Part shown: one piece after another, positions 22,781 to 37,015 of the stretch | How the letters are laid out: every line of letters starts with the position of its first letter | Position numbering within the stretch: the stretch's first letter is position 1 | NCBI RefSeq assembly: GCF_026210795.1 | Contig: NC_089431.1 | Location: forward strand, 1,178,001 to 1,242,000 | Reading direction: 5' to 3' | Length of the DNA: 64,000 nucleotides | Source of the DNA: Rhizophagus irregularis | Lineage: Eukaryota | Program-made: the position numbers and the translations under genes | Notes under the pieces: model-generated | Told to the model about the DNA's origin: nothing | The model's input: the letters and a program-made list of their open reading frames with translations, nothing else | Database searches by the model: none

Positions 22781-25450
22781 TTAAGTATTTTGTTGCTTTA
22801 AAAGTACATCCAGAATTTCTTGAACATCTAAACATCCATTTTCTATAACTTTCTTATACCAATAAATAGCATTTTCTATATTTTTGGTAGTCCCTTCACC
22901 ATGTTCATATAAATATGCAAGACTTTTTTGTGCATTAATATTTCCTCCTTCTGCTGCCAATTTATATAAATCAAATGCTCCTACTTTATCAATATCAGTT
23001 TCAATTCCTTTCTCATAATAATATCCAAGTTTATATTGAGCATCAATAAATTCTTGATCGGCCGATTTTTTATAAAACTCGAATGCTGTAGCTTGATTTT
23101 TCCAAACACCCTTGCCTAATTCATAAAATTCACCTAATTTATATAACGCGACTCTATTATCACTTTCTGCAGCCTTATGGTACCAATAATTAATTTTATC
23201 TAAATCATTTGTTATTTCTTCAAAGTTGTTCTGGAAATTATTTCCAGCTGCTTCATTGTACAATTCAAACCCCTTTTCCTTATTAATTTCAGTTCCAATA
23301 CCATTTACATAACAATATCCAAGTTGAAATTTTGCTTCTATAAGTCCATTTTCAGCAGATTTTTTATAAAACTCAAATGCTTTAATTTTATTTATCGAAA
23401 CACCCTTGCCTAATTCATAAAGTTCACCTACATTATATTGTGCATATATATTTCCATTTCCTGCCGATATTTTAAACCAGTAAAAACTTTTTTCTAAATC
23501 TTTATTTGTTCCTTCGCCATGTTCATATAAGGACCCTAATACATTTTGAGCGTAAATATGTCTTTTTTCAGCAGCTATTTTAAACAATTCAAATGCTTTT
23601 ATTTTATTAATTTCAGTGCCAACGCCATTACTGTAACAATATCCAAGCTCAAACTGAGCTTCTAGATATCCTTGATCAGCTGATTTTTTGTAATATTCAA
23701 ATGCTTTTTTTTCATCTTTTTCCACACCTTTTTCATATCTGTAACATTTTCCCAGATTGCATTGTGCTATACTATGTCCGTTTTCTGCTGCTTTATTGTA
23801 CCAGTAAACAGCTTTTTCTAAATTTTTTCTTTCTTCATATAAAACCCCAAGATTATTTTGTGCAATGAAATGTTCTTTTTTGGCTGCTATTTCATATAAC
23901 TCAAATGCTTTTATTTTATTGACTTCTGTTCCAATTCCTTTATCATAATAGTATCCGAGTATAAATTGAGCATCTAAATATCCTTGATCTGCCGATTTTT
24001 TATAATATTCAAAGGCTTTAACTTCACTTTTTTCAACTTCGATCCCATGCCTATAGTAATAAGCTAAATCATACTGTGCTACTTCATATCCATTTTCTGC
24101 TGCCTTGGTATACCAGTAAATTGCTTTCTTTAGGTCAAGACTTTTATATAAAGTTCCAAGATTATATTGTGCAATTTTATGTTCTTTTTCAGCAGCAATT
24201 TTGTATAATTCAGATGCCTTCGTTTTATTAATTTTAATTCCAATTCCGAGACTATAACAAAGTCCAAGTTCAAATTGAGCATCTAAATATTCTTGATCAG
24301 CTGATTTTTTAAAATATTCAAAAGCTTTATTTTCATTTCTTTCTATACCATTTTCTCCATTTACATAAACTTTGCCTAAATTGTATTGTGCGAATTTATT
24401 TCCATTTTCTGCTGCTTTTTCATACCAGAAAATAGATTTTTCTAAATCTTTTACCATTCCAATTCCATATTGATAATAATTACCCAACATATTTTGTGCA
24501 AGTGAATATCCTCCTTTAGAAGATTCAATATAATATTCAATAGCTTTCTCATCATCTTTATTAATTCCTATTCCGTTTTGATAACAAATGCCTAAATTAT
24601 ATTGTGCATATATATTTCCTTTTTCAGTAGCTTTTAAATACCATTCAAATGATTTCTTTTCATTTTTTGTTATTCCTATTCCATTTTGATAACAATAACC
24701 TAAATTATTTTGTGCACTAGAATTTCCCCCTTCTGCCGATTTTAAATAACATTCAAATGCTTTAAACTCATCCTTACTTTTTCCTATTCCAAATTGAAAG
24801 CAGAAACCTAAATTATTTAATTCAGTTAATTCTCTCTTTTTGGTATATCCCATTTGATTTTGATTAAAATTTTTATCTGGTGATTCAAAATACTTCTCTA
24901 TTGTACTTAACTCATCTTTATATAAATTTATTTCTAATCCATTAAAATATTCAAAATGGTCATATGACATGATATTTTCCAACTTATTTGTAATTGAAAC
25001 TTTTTTACTTACAATAATATCTCCATAATAATAAAATGATAATAAATATTTTGCAATAATAATATTAAGTAAATGATACATAGAATTAATAGTACCATCT
25101 TTATTATTAATAGATAACGAATATAATTTCAAAGAATTATTTTTATTTTTATCAATAAATTTGGTATCATCATCATCAAAACCTATTATAATATTATTAT
25201 GTTCATAAAAAAATCCTATTAAACTTGAAAACCAATTTTCACTTTCTTTATGATTTTCCATTAATTTTAAAATTATTTCAGGATTTTTTTCATTATGATT
25301 TAAATAATCTTTCGTCCAATTTGTTAAAAAAATATTTTTAAATTTAGGATAATATTCTATTTTTATTATTTGACGATAAAAATCTTTTAAAAATTCTTTT
25401 AAAAAATTTTCATCATCTTTCGTTATATTATTATTATTATTTGAATACAT
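22781..25450 (-). CDS. Sel1-like repeat (SLR) protein, 889 aa, single exon
   Basis: About 18 repeats of ~36 aa of the type AQYNLGxCYxxGIGxxKDxxKAFEYYxKSAxxG, after a ~200-aa N-terminal region. Confidence 0.96.
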   Translation of the reverse strand: MYSNNNNNITKDDENFLKEFLKDFYRQIIKIEYYPKFKNIFLTNWTKDYLNHNEKNPEIILKLMENHKESENWFSSLIGFFYEHNNIIIGFDDDDTKFIDKNKNNSLKLYSLSINNKDGTINSMYHLLNIIIAKYLLSFYYYGDIIVSKKVSITNKLENIMSYDHFEYFNGLEINLYKDELSTIEKYFESPDKNFNQNQMGYTKKRELTELNNLGFCFQFGIGKSKDEFKAFECYLKSAEGGNSSAQNNLGYCYQNGIGITKNEKKSFEWYLKATEKGNIYAQYNLGICYQNGIGINKDDEKAIEYYIESSKGGYSLAQNMLGNYYQYGIGMVKDLEKSIFWYEKAAENGNKFAQYNLGKVYVNGENGIERNENKAFEYFKKSADQEYLDAQFELGLCYSLGIGIKINKTKASELYKIAAEKEHKIAQYNLGTLYKSLDLKKAIYWYTKAAENGYEVAQYDLAYYYRHGIEVEKSEVKAFEYYKKSADQGYLDAQFILGYYYDKGIGTEVNKIKAFELYEIAAKKEHFIAQNNLGVLYEERKNLEKAVYWYNKAAENGHSIAQCNLGKCYRYEKGVEKDEKKAFEYYKKSADQGYLEAQFELGYCYSNGVGTEINKIKAFELFKIAAEKRHIYAQNVLGSLYEHGEGTNKDLEKSFYWFKISAGNGNIYAQYNVGELYELGKGVSINKIKAFEFYKKSAENGLIEAKFQLGYCYVNGIGTEINKEKGFELYNEAAGNNFQNNFEEITNDLDKINYWYHKAAESDNRVALYKLGEFYELGKGVWKNQATAFEFYKKSADQEFIDAQYKLGYYYEKGIETDIDKVGAFDLYKLAAEGGNINAQKSLAYLYEHGEGTTKNIENAIYWYKKVIENGCLDVQEILDVLLKQQNT

Positions 25451-28181
25451 TATGTTTTTTCAAGAAATTCTTTTTTTGTTGAAAAAAGAAATTTTTTTTT
25501 TTTATTTAATGCAATTTCGGAGTTTTCTGTTTCATATTCCGAAAAAAGAAATCTTGTATGGAAATCCTCATAAGTTGTGTCGCACCAATCAAAAGTATTT
25601 GTATGACTGGTGTTATTTACATTTGGTGTTATGAGAATATTGTATTATGCTTTGTATCGGTTATCAGAAGAACTTGAAAGGAATTAAAAAATCGTCAATT
25701 TATGCAAAGAATGACTATTTGTGTATTTTTTTTTTCTTAACGAATCAAAATATCATGGTTAAATAAAACTCGAATATAGAAATATTTTAAAAATCATAAT
25801 TCATTATTAACCTTATTGCCTCGTTCGAAGAATTCACGTCGTGACTGTAGTATATTCACTTCGAATATTTTTTTTATTACTTATTTACCTTATTTAAAAT
25901 TCTATTAATTTTGGAAGAATTTATCCAAACATTTTAATGCAATTTTAACTGATTAATTTTTGAATTAAGATGTGCTATTAACGTAACTATATATACACGA
26001 ATAAAGTAATATATATTTGATTTATGATAAAAGAAATTAAGCCGACAAGAATTTTTTTTTACATACGAGTTCAAATGTATTATATGTATTATGCTGCAAT
26101 TTCTACCGATCAGTAAAATCGTAAAAACTAGATTATTTTGGTGCTAAATTGTAACTCAAACCGATTTCAAGAAAATTTTGATAAATGGCCCAATGGAAAT
26201 GAATTAATAGACAAGTTTATACAGGATGCTCAATGAATATACTCGTGGTATATCACATGTTTGACACGGCACGATGACACATTTTTTTCCAATCGATAAC
26301 TATTGAATTAATCGAAAAATTGTCATATATATGCTTGACCCGAAATTTGATTTTTTTTTTTATGATATGTTATCCTACAGCCAAATGGTGATGATATTTT
26401 TTTATTAAAAGCTATAAATAAACTACAATCATATTATTTTAAATAACATGTAATCAATAGTTTGTTGTATTTATAAGCATGATCATCAGCAATTATTTGA
26501 TCGGGGTTAGAATATCACCAAACTGTCATGTTATTTTCATATTCATAGTAAAAATGACATCATTGATTACATACATCATGTTCGGCTGCGTTAATACGTA
26601 AGTTTAAAATTTTTAATAATTAATATACACTTTTATGATTACATATTTTTTTACACTTTATGCCTGCTTCAGTTATTTATTTGATGAATTCAGTTAAAAT
26701 ATTTATATTTAAATATGTCAAAAATGACTTATTAAATAAATGCATCAATACACGTTAAATAATATTTAAAATAAAGTTGGGCACGTTAATTAACAATCTA
26801 TCAATAAGTGTATTATCAGTAGAAGTTCAGAAAAAACCTTAATCGATTAATAATCGATTAAATTAATCAGTTAAATTTAATTTATAGTTAATTAATCGAT
26901 CAAACCTTAGTCGATTCCAAATATTTAATGAATAAGTAATTTTTTCATTCATCTATTTTGATTTTTTTTAAAATAATTTAACTTTAAATAGGTGATGTGA
27001 TGTAATGCTAGCTTGGTAAAAGATTCCAGATTCAAAATATTATTAATTATATTATCCTTGAAAAATTTGTTTGACCATAGTGAACAAATATTCTTTTTTT
27101 CAAATTATTACAGTATTTAAAGTATTTAACTAAATTAATCACTATTTTCATTTTTATAATTTCATAGTAATTTTTCATGGTAATTATATGATTATCAATT
27201 TATCATTTGTACCATTTAGCAAATAGGGATCTATCCAGGTGATTCCTGGATGCATCCAGGGTAACTACACTGGATTTTTGATCGATACGTCGTAAAGTGC
27301 ACGATATAGAGGACGACTTTATCTAGTGACATTATTAATTTTGGGCGCAGTATTATATTTAATTTAGGTGTTTAAAATTTTTAAGTGTTTAAATTTACTG
27401 AGGTCCGAAATGACCTTAAACTAGCGATTGGTTAATTAATTTAATTTACTGAATTCCGGAATGACGTTAACTCTACCATGATTAATTTTATTGGTCGGAG
27501 AATAACTAGGAAATTTTATAATTTGAGTAAATTTTTATATGTAGATCATTTTGAACTGAGATACGAACCACAATTTTATTTCAAAGGAAATTCCGACACA
27601 ATTTTTGGAGAAATTAATTTTAGCAATTTTGGAAATTTTTATTTTAATTGTTGACTTAATTTTTTAATTGATTTGAAATTATAATTTAGAAGTTAATTTG
27701 TTATTTTAGAATCAGATCGTCATTTAAATAAGCTTTATTTTACATAACAGAAATTCTTTTCTTTCTTAAAATTTCATTTTGATTTTAATTTTTGTTTTGT
27801 CTTTTGAACTATAAAAGCTCTTATTGTGCACCATCTAAAATTGATTCAACAAATCATGCACGTAAAGGTGCCCTACAACGCCCACTTGCCAACTTGGCTT
27901 AAAAACTATGTCGATCATTTTGCGGGGTGACTGTCGTTTGTAAATCTATTTATAATTTGAAACATCAACATATGTCTGTTTTTCTTTGATCATTCTTATT
28001 TTGGTAATTTTTAATGAACTTTTTTTTTTCATCACAATAATTCATTGTCTAATGAAATTATGGGCGTAAATAAAAAAATAACTAATGTAATCATTCTCTT
28101 AAAATAATTAATATGTATATAAGTCACTTTTCTCCCCGCGAAAAAATTTTTATAAAATATATACTATAACTAACAATAAAT

Positions 28182-30695
28182 ATGGTATATTCTGATTACA
28201 AATATTACAATAATTTAGATGATCCAGAAAATGATGAAGACTTTATAAATGGAGTCAAAGAAGTCTTGAAGCAACTTAATATTACAGAAAACATAAATGA
28301 TATAAAGGATTTTGTTACACTAATGAAGTTTATAAATAGATTAATGACAAAACATCATAATGATTTAGAAAGTGTTATTGCGGATACTGGGGAACCATCA
28401 TTGCTCGTTAAATCCGAAATTTATAATGAACGACATATCAAGTAGAAAAACGATGAGTTAATCCAGAAGATTATTAATAAATGTTTAGAAAATAACGATA
28501 AAGGAGAGCACAAATTTATGCTTGTGGTTTCGCATTTACTTCCAATTCTAGTTAAAAAATCCTATAAAAACCTAGTAGACAATCTCGCGATACAGCTCAA
28601 CTACAAAAAGATCCCGCAAAATTGGTGCAAAAAATTGGGTGAGGACAATAAATTCATTTCAATTCGTGAACATCTTTGGGGATATAGGTTTCCTAGTTCC
28701 AAGAAATCACTCTCGTCCACATTTGACAGGTTTGTATATATCATCCCTTTCACTTTCTCTTAATAAGTTCAATAGGATCACGCATAAATCGCTGTTATAA
28801 TATAAATTAGATTTAAAAAGGAACCTCGACATTACGCAACGTTGTGTTATGTACCATTACCTGGCCTATGTACCTTCCATGAGGATGCTAGTCGTAATCG
28901 TATTTATAGTATCTTGTTCCCCCGTGGCACAAGTCCCTTTATTCGAATGGTAATGTCTAATAAAGATGAGCTATTTTATGATGGACATGCTTATTCCAAG
29001 ATGATTGATTCTCCATTTTTTCATGCTATTGTCAAGTTCAAGTGGCATACCTTTGCACGGTGGTACTTTCTTACATATTTTATTGTCGTTGTTACTTGGT
29101 TCTCCCTTTTAATTGCATCATCCACTGTTGATTTAAATAAAAATATGGAAATTATCAATTTAAATAATGATTATACCGATAAAATTACTATAGCAGCAAC
29201 TAAAAGTTATATGGCAGCAGTTACAATGATTGGCAATCTTAATGATGCAACAAATACTTTTGTTAACAATATGACGATTGCAGAAGCATCTAAAAGCAAT
29301 ATTGAGTTGATTACGAAGGCGATCAGCAATGTGGCAGCTTCCAAAATTTATAATGTGAACTTCACTTCAGAAATTAACAAAGCGGCAATTGAGGCAGTTT
29401 ATAACGCAATAATTTACAACACGACGTTTACTGCAGGAATCAGCAACTCAACAATTACGACAATTAACAATAACTATGTTACAGAGATAAATAAAGCAAT
29501 TAGCGAAATCGACATCACTGCGATTAATAAATTAATTAACAGCACCGATGGTAATCAAATAATAATTGCATGCACAATCATAGAAATTATTATTATTTTT
29601 CTATTAGTCCGGCTTCTTATTATATTTAAAATAAATGGCTTGGCTAATCGAGTTCTTAGAGTCCCTTCGAGCTACGTCATAAGCACAGGAGTTCTTTTTA
29701 ATCTTATAGTTGTAATTCTAAAGCTGTCCCCTCCTGAAGCCTTCAGATCCTTAAAGAATTTTTTTCTGGAACATGGTTATGATTGTATCTCAGTTTTCCA
29801 AACTATCACAATCTTTATTTCAGTATTGTGTATAGTTGGATATCTATGTTTATTCAGGAATATTGGACTTTATGCCTATAGTAAGTATCGTAATAATTTT
29901 TCTCTATAAATGTTGAGCAAATCTATTAATTAACCACTCTATTATGCAGTTATTATGCATATTTGCAGAAGGGCTATATGTATACTTTTTCTTTTGGGCA
30001 TACTTTTGTTAAATGTTTCTTATGCAACAATGCGTATATTTGCAACGACCATACCTGATTTTGATGATGATAAAAAAATGTATAATAAAAATACGTATGA
30101 TAATTACATTAAAACATCAAATAACGTTTGGTCAGGGTTTTTAAATGCTAGTTACGACTATATGTATCCATGGGATAGTCGTTACTTTGTGTCTATAATG
30201 AGGATTGCTTTCTCATTGTTTGCATCCATCATAATCATGAACCTTTTGAGTATGTATATCAAGTTCATCGAATCTTTCTTTTTGTCTTTGCAGATTCTTC
30301 CTAATATTTTTTTTCCTTTGCAGTTGCATTTGTAAATAATGTCTATGAAGAAGTATACAAACGTAAGTACACTGAATGGACCATGTTTCGGGCGCGAGCA
30401 ATTGCTTACATTGAACTTACATGTTCAGTACCGAATAATTATTCTTTCTCAAGTTTTTGTTTTATAAATCGTAAAAATAAGTATGTTCAAAATTAGTATA
30501 AACGTATTTCTTTATATAATGTTACAGAATTGTATGATTTATTATATTGATTTGCTTATTTACATTATTTACAATTGCAGGGATTATTTTCCTCCAACCA
30601 TTATTTATGAAGCCAATACTGAAGAGTTTAAAAAGTGGCATGATGAATTACCTAATCTTGAGAAACAGTTGTTCGATTCCACTTATCCGATATAG
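28182..30695 (+). pseudogene. TRP-like cation channel (6TM) gene with one in-frame TAG; 5 exons
   Basis: Exons 28182-28729, 28811-29880, 29950-30249, 30324-30480 and 30581-30695. Motifs VPLPGLC, SPFFHAIVKFKW, S6-like IIMNLLIAFVNNVYEEV and TRP-helix-like EWTMFRARAIAYIE. TAG at 28443-28445, with the same frame continuing after it. Confidence 0.75.
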
Positions 30696-33600
30696 GACGA
30701 AACGGTTTATTTTGTAGAACTTTTTTCTTTTGAAGACGTTTAAAAAAACAACCTTTATTAGTTAGTCATTTCTAATAAAATTTACCAAAAAAATTTCTTA
30801 TTACCCAATATCATATGATATTTGTACATTAAATAAAAACTTTGATCTCTCTTTCAATTTAGTTTGGTTAAGAAATAATATTTTTAACAATTTAAAAAAT
30901 AATTCACACCAATCAGATTTAATAATATTGTCGACAATCGTTTATCAAACATTATGGTCATTATGCGTTTATTCAATAATAATATTTCACCGAAATCGTC
31001 TTACCCATAATCAACTTGTCTACCGACAGTCATTTTACTGACGGGATCAATTCACTTACAACTTTTTCGCCGATGGTCCTGTATGTCCGTCTTGGTCCTG
31101 AGGATCGACCAGTCATATAAAAGACCGCGGTCCGAGAAGTTACGTGATAATTCTGGCCGGCACTATAATGTTGGCCGGAATTATACCAGGCCGGCGTAGG
31201 ACCGGTCTTTCAGGACCGTAAAGTATTTTTAACCAAGAGGATTATATCACCGATAAATACTAAATAAATAACTGAATTTTTTTTTTATTAATTTTCATTA
31301 TCCAACATTATTTCATAATATAATAAATACTATTTATCATTTCAGTATCATACTGCTTATAAGCACAATGCTAAATGCACTTTATTTCATAGAAATTTCA
31401 TATTTGAACACTAGAAAATAAAAAAAATAAATATATAGAATGGATCAAGACTTAATATTAAAATTAAAAAAATATTAAATACTAAAAAGAAACAAAAATA
31501 TCAACTTAATAATAATTGTAGCTACCGACGTTATTAATTCCTAAAATAAATAAAAAAAATTTGGTGAATGATTTTAGGTGTAAAATAAATCGGACTCCAT
31601 AATCTTTTATAGTATTTATATGTTCTATTGCTGAAATTTAATCATTCCATGGTAAAAAACAAAAAAAAATCATGCTTATAAAAGTACATAACTGTACATT
31701 TTTGTAATGCAAACGCGATTTAGTTTTTGACGTAAAAATATGTGATTTATTTAAATTAAAAAGATCGAATTTCACTAAATGAATACTTATCGTTGGAATT
31801 AATTATGGCATATGGAGTTTATACGTAATCCGTAATGCCGTAATTCAAATACCGTAAAATAGAAATATTATGCGATACAAAAAAAAAGAAATCCATTTGA
31901 ATATATCAACATTGACGTTATAGATTTATAATTTATGACATTATTGAATATGTATTTATGAATAATATATGTCATATTCAAAATGCCGAATTAATAATTC
32001 GATAATTCCGAACGTATAACTAAATGTAATTACGGGCGCTCAATTGAAAAAATTCGAATAAAGCGATGCAATTTAAAACATCACATAAGACAATGAAACA
32101 AATAATTAAACCCACTCTCCTTACCCTAACAAGACCGTGCTTGCAATAAAAAATCTTTCTCCACTGCTAAAAGCCAACTAGCAGTTGATAACTCAGAAGT
32201 AATTACTAATTATTGCAAAAAACACTGAAAGGATTCCGGTCAAACGATTATACTACTACAAAAGAATGAATATTATTTATAAATATGATGGTCCGAAGAA
32301 AAATACTATTTAAAATATTAAATTCTTTGATATTTAATCTAAGAAAAGGAAAGATTTACTACTTACCTAGCATCTAATTTCATCGACTTGAACATCAAAG
32401 TTAAATTAATGATGAATTTCAAACTTTATCTCTTCTTTTCAACTAAAACCTTAATGTCAGGACTTAGCAGGAGTTATAAGCATCATTGAACGGAATAATG
32501 AAACCCAAAGTCCGTAGAAGTTATTGCATTGTAATGCATGTAATAATTATAGTATGTAGTACATCAGATGTTATCAGGTGTATAAAGTTAAAAGTTTCCG
32601 AATATACAGTACATAAAAAGGTAAGATCTCGGAATTAGAACCAAAAAGTCCTATAGGTCTTTCTGGTCCTTCCTTTTTTGGATACTTCTTTAAACTCATT
32701 ACTCATTAGTGCACTTATTTGTTTAAATTAAACTTATCTATTGCTTATCCATAAATATTCCCTGAATATCCGGATTTTACTACCCGGGTTCCGGATTGAC
32801 AGTTTGTATTTATGCCGAATATCCATTAAAAATAAAAATTTACGGCAGCCGGCACTATTGTAATTCCGGCTTTGAAGAAATGTGGAGTTCGTGTGCTGAT
32901 CACACCCAACTTATTTATGTTGTTCCAGAATCCCGCTTTAAGGGTAAATTCTTTCTCTTTAAATTTGTTGAAAAAAATAATATAATGTTAGAAAATATTA
33001 TTAAAATAAAAAACAATATGCATAATAATAAATTTCTAATTGAAAGAATTTTTATAGTAATGTTCTACGCTGTGAATAACGCCTCAAAATAGAACATGGA
33101 ACCGTCCATTATTTTATTAATACATACAAGTTTACTTATTATATCCTCTTTAGTCAATATGAAACAAAAAGGTTAATAAATACTGATTATTCATCTATAA
33201 CTGAATATTTTTGTTTTTTTTTACTCACCATATTAATATAATAATTTTGTGATATACAATCGTAGCAAATCAGCGTTTAAAAAGTTATGCATTACAACTT
33301 ATTAATTCGTATCCACTCAGTAGGTACAATAATATTTAATTGGCCACGTACCACCCAAATACCAATTTTTAATCGGGATAAGAATAATAAATAACGAAAA
33401 ACTCAATCACATTGAAATAAACTCCACATGCTTTTCGGAGAACCACGCAGACGCAAACAGCATGGCTACCTTTTTAAGCAGGTTGTTAACGACTTCATTT
33501 CATCAATATCCATGGAAATATATTAACTCGTTTATTTCGAAAGTAGAATCGTTCAAAGCACTAATATCCTTATTTGTTCTTCCATTTAAAGTAAGTTCAA

Positions 33601-36600
33601 AAATAACGTCATTTACCGCCATTTTTGCAAATATTGTAAAATCTTTCAATAAGTAAAATAATATTCATCGTAAAAGATTATTCCATTGGTATTTAATATC
33701 AAATCTCACAAATAACAAAGTATATTTAATAATAAGACTTAACAGGAATTATTATCAAAGATATTTTTCTTTTTTTTTTGACAGATGGCGTATTTCATTG
33801 TCAATATATATATGTATGAAAAATGTTAGATATATTTAGGCAAGAATGAATATTCTTTTCAAAGAATAATTTTTCGTTCTTTTTAAGGTAAGTCATTGTA
33901 AAGATTACCATAACTATTTTGATTTATAATTATTTATTTTCTGTGTCCATAGATCGTTGTAAAAAAATTGTAAAAATTGTATAATACGATCTTTCGATTA
34001 TTAATTATTATTACTAATTCTTTAAATTTATACCTTTTCAGAAAAGTTTCTTTGTTTGTTTGTCAAATTCGGGAACTTCAATGCATGAATGAAAGACTTA
34101 TTTCACGTGATAGTGTAACATGGATTTAAAAAATGCACAGCAAGTTATATGTTTACGATTGATCGAGTCGAGTTCTTTTAGTAAATGACATTTCCTTCTT
34201 TGAATGTTTTATTATTCATTGCTTTTATATTGTTTATAAATTTAGATCTAAATCTGTTAAGTGTTTTCGATTAGCTGAAATTGAGATAATCTTTCAACTT
34301 TTTCAAAAATCAATACCGTACATGTATGAAGAAAAAATAAAAAAATCTATTCATTTATTTATTAACAATATTTCATTTCTTTCCATTTACAATAATTACA
34401 AAAAAGTTTAATTTTTCTCTTTTAAAGGGAACTATAATAAGAAATGTTTATTAAACCATGAAATCGACTTGATAGGTAACGGTTCGCTAGCCGATTAGAA
34501 ATTAGAAATTTTATCCCGTATCAATCAGCCATATTATTTGATCCTATATATAATAACAACAAAGATAATTATTCATCGCCACACTATAATTATTCATCAC
34601 CACAAATTGATAATTATTCATCACCATAAAAAAAGAACTCTCCCAACAACCTCCAAAAACACCTTAAATCTAAAATAATAAAACCACACGCGAAAACTCG
34701 CGATACGGTCGAAAGTGTGGGAAGAAAAATTACCTATAAATTAATCTAAAAATACATTAATATCTAAACCCAAAGCCAAGTTATTTTCGAACTGGCTTTC
34801 TGAGCCCATTAAATTATAGGATCAAATAATTTGCTTTAAATGGGTAATTTGCTTTAAATGGAATTCTTTGTTCCATTTATATCACGTGAACAGAATGTTC
34901 AAGTTTTTTCACCCATGGAACACGGATAAAATATAATCTAATCTCAGAAAAAAAATAAACATTATTGCTAAATTAAATTTGAATAAAAAAAAAAAAAGAA
35001 AGAAAGAAAATTAGTAATATGAATTTATTGAATTTACGATGTTCCAATACATAAAATTTCGGTATTGAAAATTTTTATTTTTTTTTATTACGGAGGAGAC
35101 GATAAACATTTCCGTAATAATATAATAATTGAATAATTGAGAAAAAAAAAATAATAATATTGTAATTATAACTTACATTAATATTTGTTTATTGATAAAT
35201 AATAATTTATTATTAGTTGACTCTATTGGTAGAAAAATTTGATTTTGTGCGAGAAAAATTTTTCGTTGGTTCACAAATTGTTTTAAGAGATGAAACTTTT
35301 GTTTTAATTTAGCAAGTAATATAAATAATAGTCTCGGGGAGATGATTTTTTCAGGTATCATTTTTTTTTTTTTTGTGTGTGGCTGCAAGATATTTTTAAA
35401 ATTTTATATATATAAAAATTAGTTATAAGGCAAGAATTTTTTTTTAATAAACAAGTATTACGGAGTTAGAAATTTCGCTATTTATTTATTTTTTTTTTAT
35501 TTTAGGGACTTTATTCCGAGACCCATAGAATTATCAATATAAAAATTTTCAAATATCACCAAAAAAATACACAAAAAAACACCCCCCTCACAAAAAAGGT
35601 AATTTCCAAGAATGCAAGATGCGTGTGATTACGTGTGATTATTTAGATAGGTTTGACAATTTCAATAATTCCTTTTAAAAAATTTTTCTTTTCCGAAACA
35701 TCTCATTTTTTGCAGTAACACAAAACAAAATATAGTAACTTTAAAAGGTCTAGGTTTGGATATATTTGTATATTTATTTTCAAACCTTAAATATAAACTG
35801 TACGGTTTCATGGTTCTCATACAGATCTTTATCAAATAAAGTAAAAAAAAAACATAATCCGGTTTTTTTACAGTTTTTAATATTGTTACATTATTTTAGA
35901 GCTGATTCTTATTTTTTTCTCTTATGCATTGCATTAAAACATGATCTACATTATATATGTCTAAATATTTTTTTTATTTTCTTTTTTTTTTAAAAAAAAA
36001 ACAAAGAAAAAAAATAACGTCATTTTTTCCCCATAAAATACAGATTACGATTTAATTTCTTTGTTATCAGAAAATTTAGATTTTGGGGAAAAGTACAATA
36101 TAATTTTCCTTGAATATAACTAGTTTAAGCCCAAATATTTTTTTCATAATGAACATTAAGCGTCGCGTAAATTTTTTTCCGTAAAAGGTTTATGCCACAT
36201 TAATACATGAAAGAATATTACAAAATTTGTACCATTTACGCGTTTTAACTTTATTTGAAATTTTCATTTGTACAAATTGATATAACCAATGCATCGATTT
36301 TTTTAATGTATTGTATTGATATTGTTTATTTATTGCTTGTTAAATCCCAAAAAGAATTATAAACTAAGCCTTAAAAATTTTTGAATTGAATTAAGTGGGG
36401 GACTTTTGCTCTTAAAAGTTGCACAACAGATTTGCACGTCATAAAGGATTTTTCAAAGCCTATTAAAATCACAATTGTGCAACTCTAAAACCGTCAAAGC
36501 ACCCTTTTCTGTAGTATATGACATCGAATTTATGGTCTTTAAAAAGATGTGGAAATTTTTTTTTGTACTAATGTAACATATAATCATTCATCTTGATTCG

Positions 36601-37015
36601 ATAAGAGATTTTAATTTTTTTCAATTTTTGTTAGTTGTCTAGGACTATTTGGAATTCTAATATTGGTAATGTGTGTAATTTGTTTATTATTTACATAAAT
36701 CATCACAAATCAGAATTCATTGTCGTAATTCGTAATCTTCGAAATTATGGTACGGGATGAATGGCTGATGATATTTGTGTAACATTTGTCAAAAAAGGCG
36801 AATCATTATAAGTATTATTATTGCACGGCTGGGGAAACTTTTTTTTTTTTTTAATAGAAAAAAAAAGTTGATTGTATTTTCCATTTTGTTTTTCATTCTT
36901 GTTTTTGTTTTTTTTCCTGCATAGTGAGATGTTTTATTTTTATTTTGAACTAAATATAAAAAAAGCGTATTAATTTAAATTTATGTAACATTCATAGTAC
37001 TATCATAGAGAAATA

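Noticed and set aside
28443..28445. Alternative genetic code or programmed TAG recoding
   Set aside because: Single instance; the other intact genes translate with the standard code, and TAG terminates this same gene at 30695.
32100..33720. GC-richer patches with coding-like fragments on the minus strand
   Set aside because: Multiple stops in all frames and no family could be assigned; probably decayed genes.
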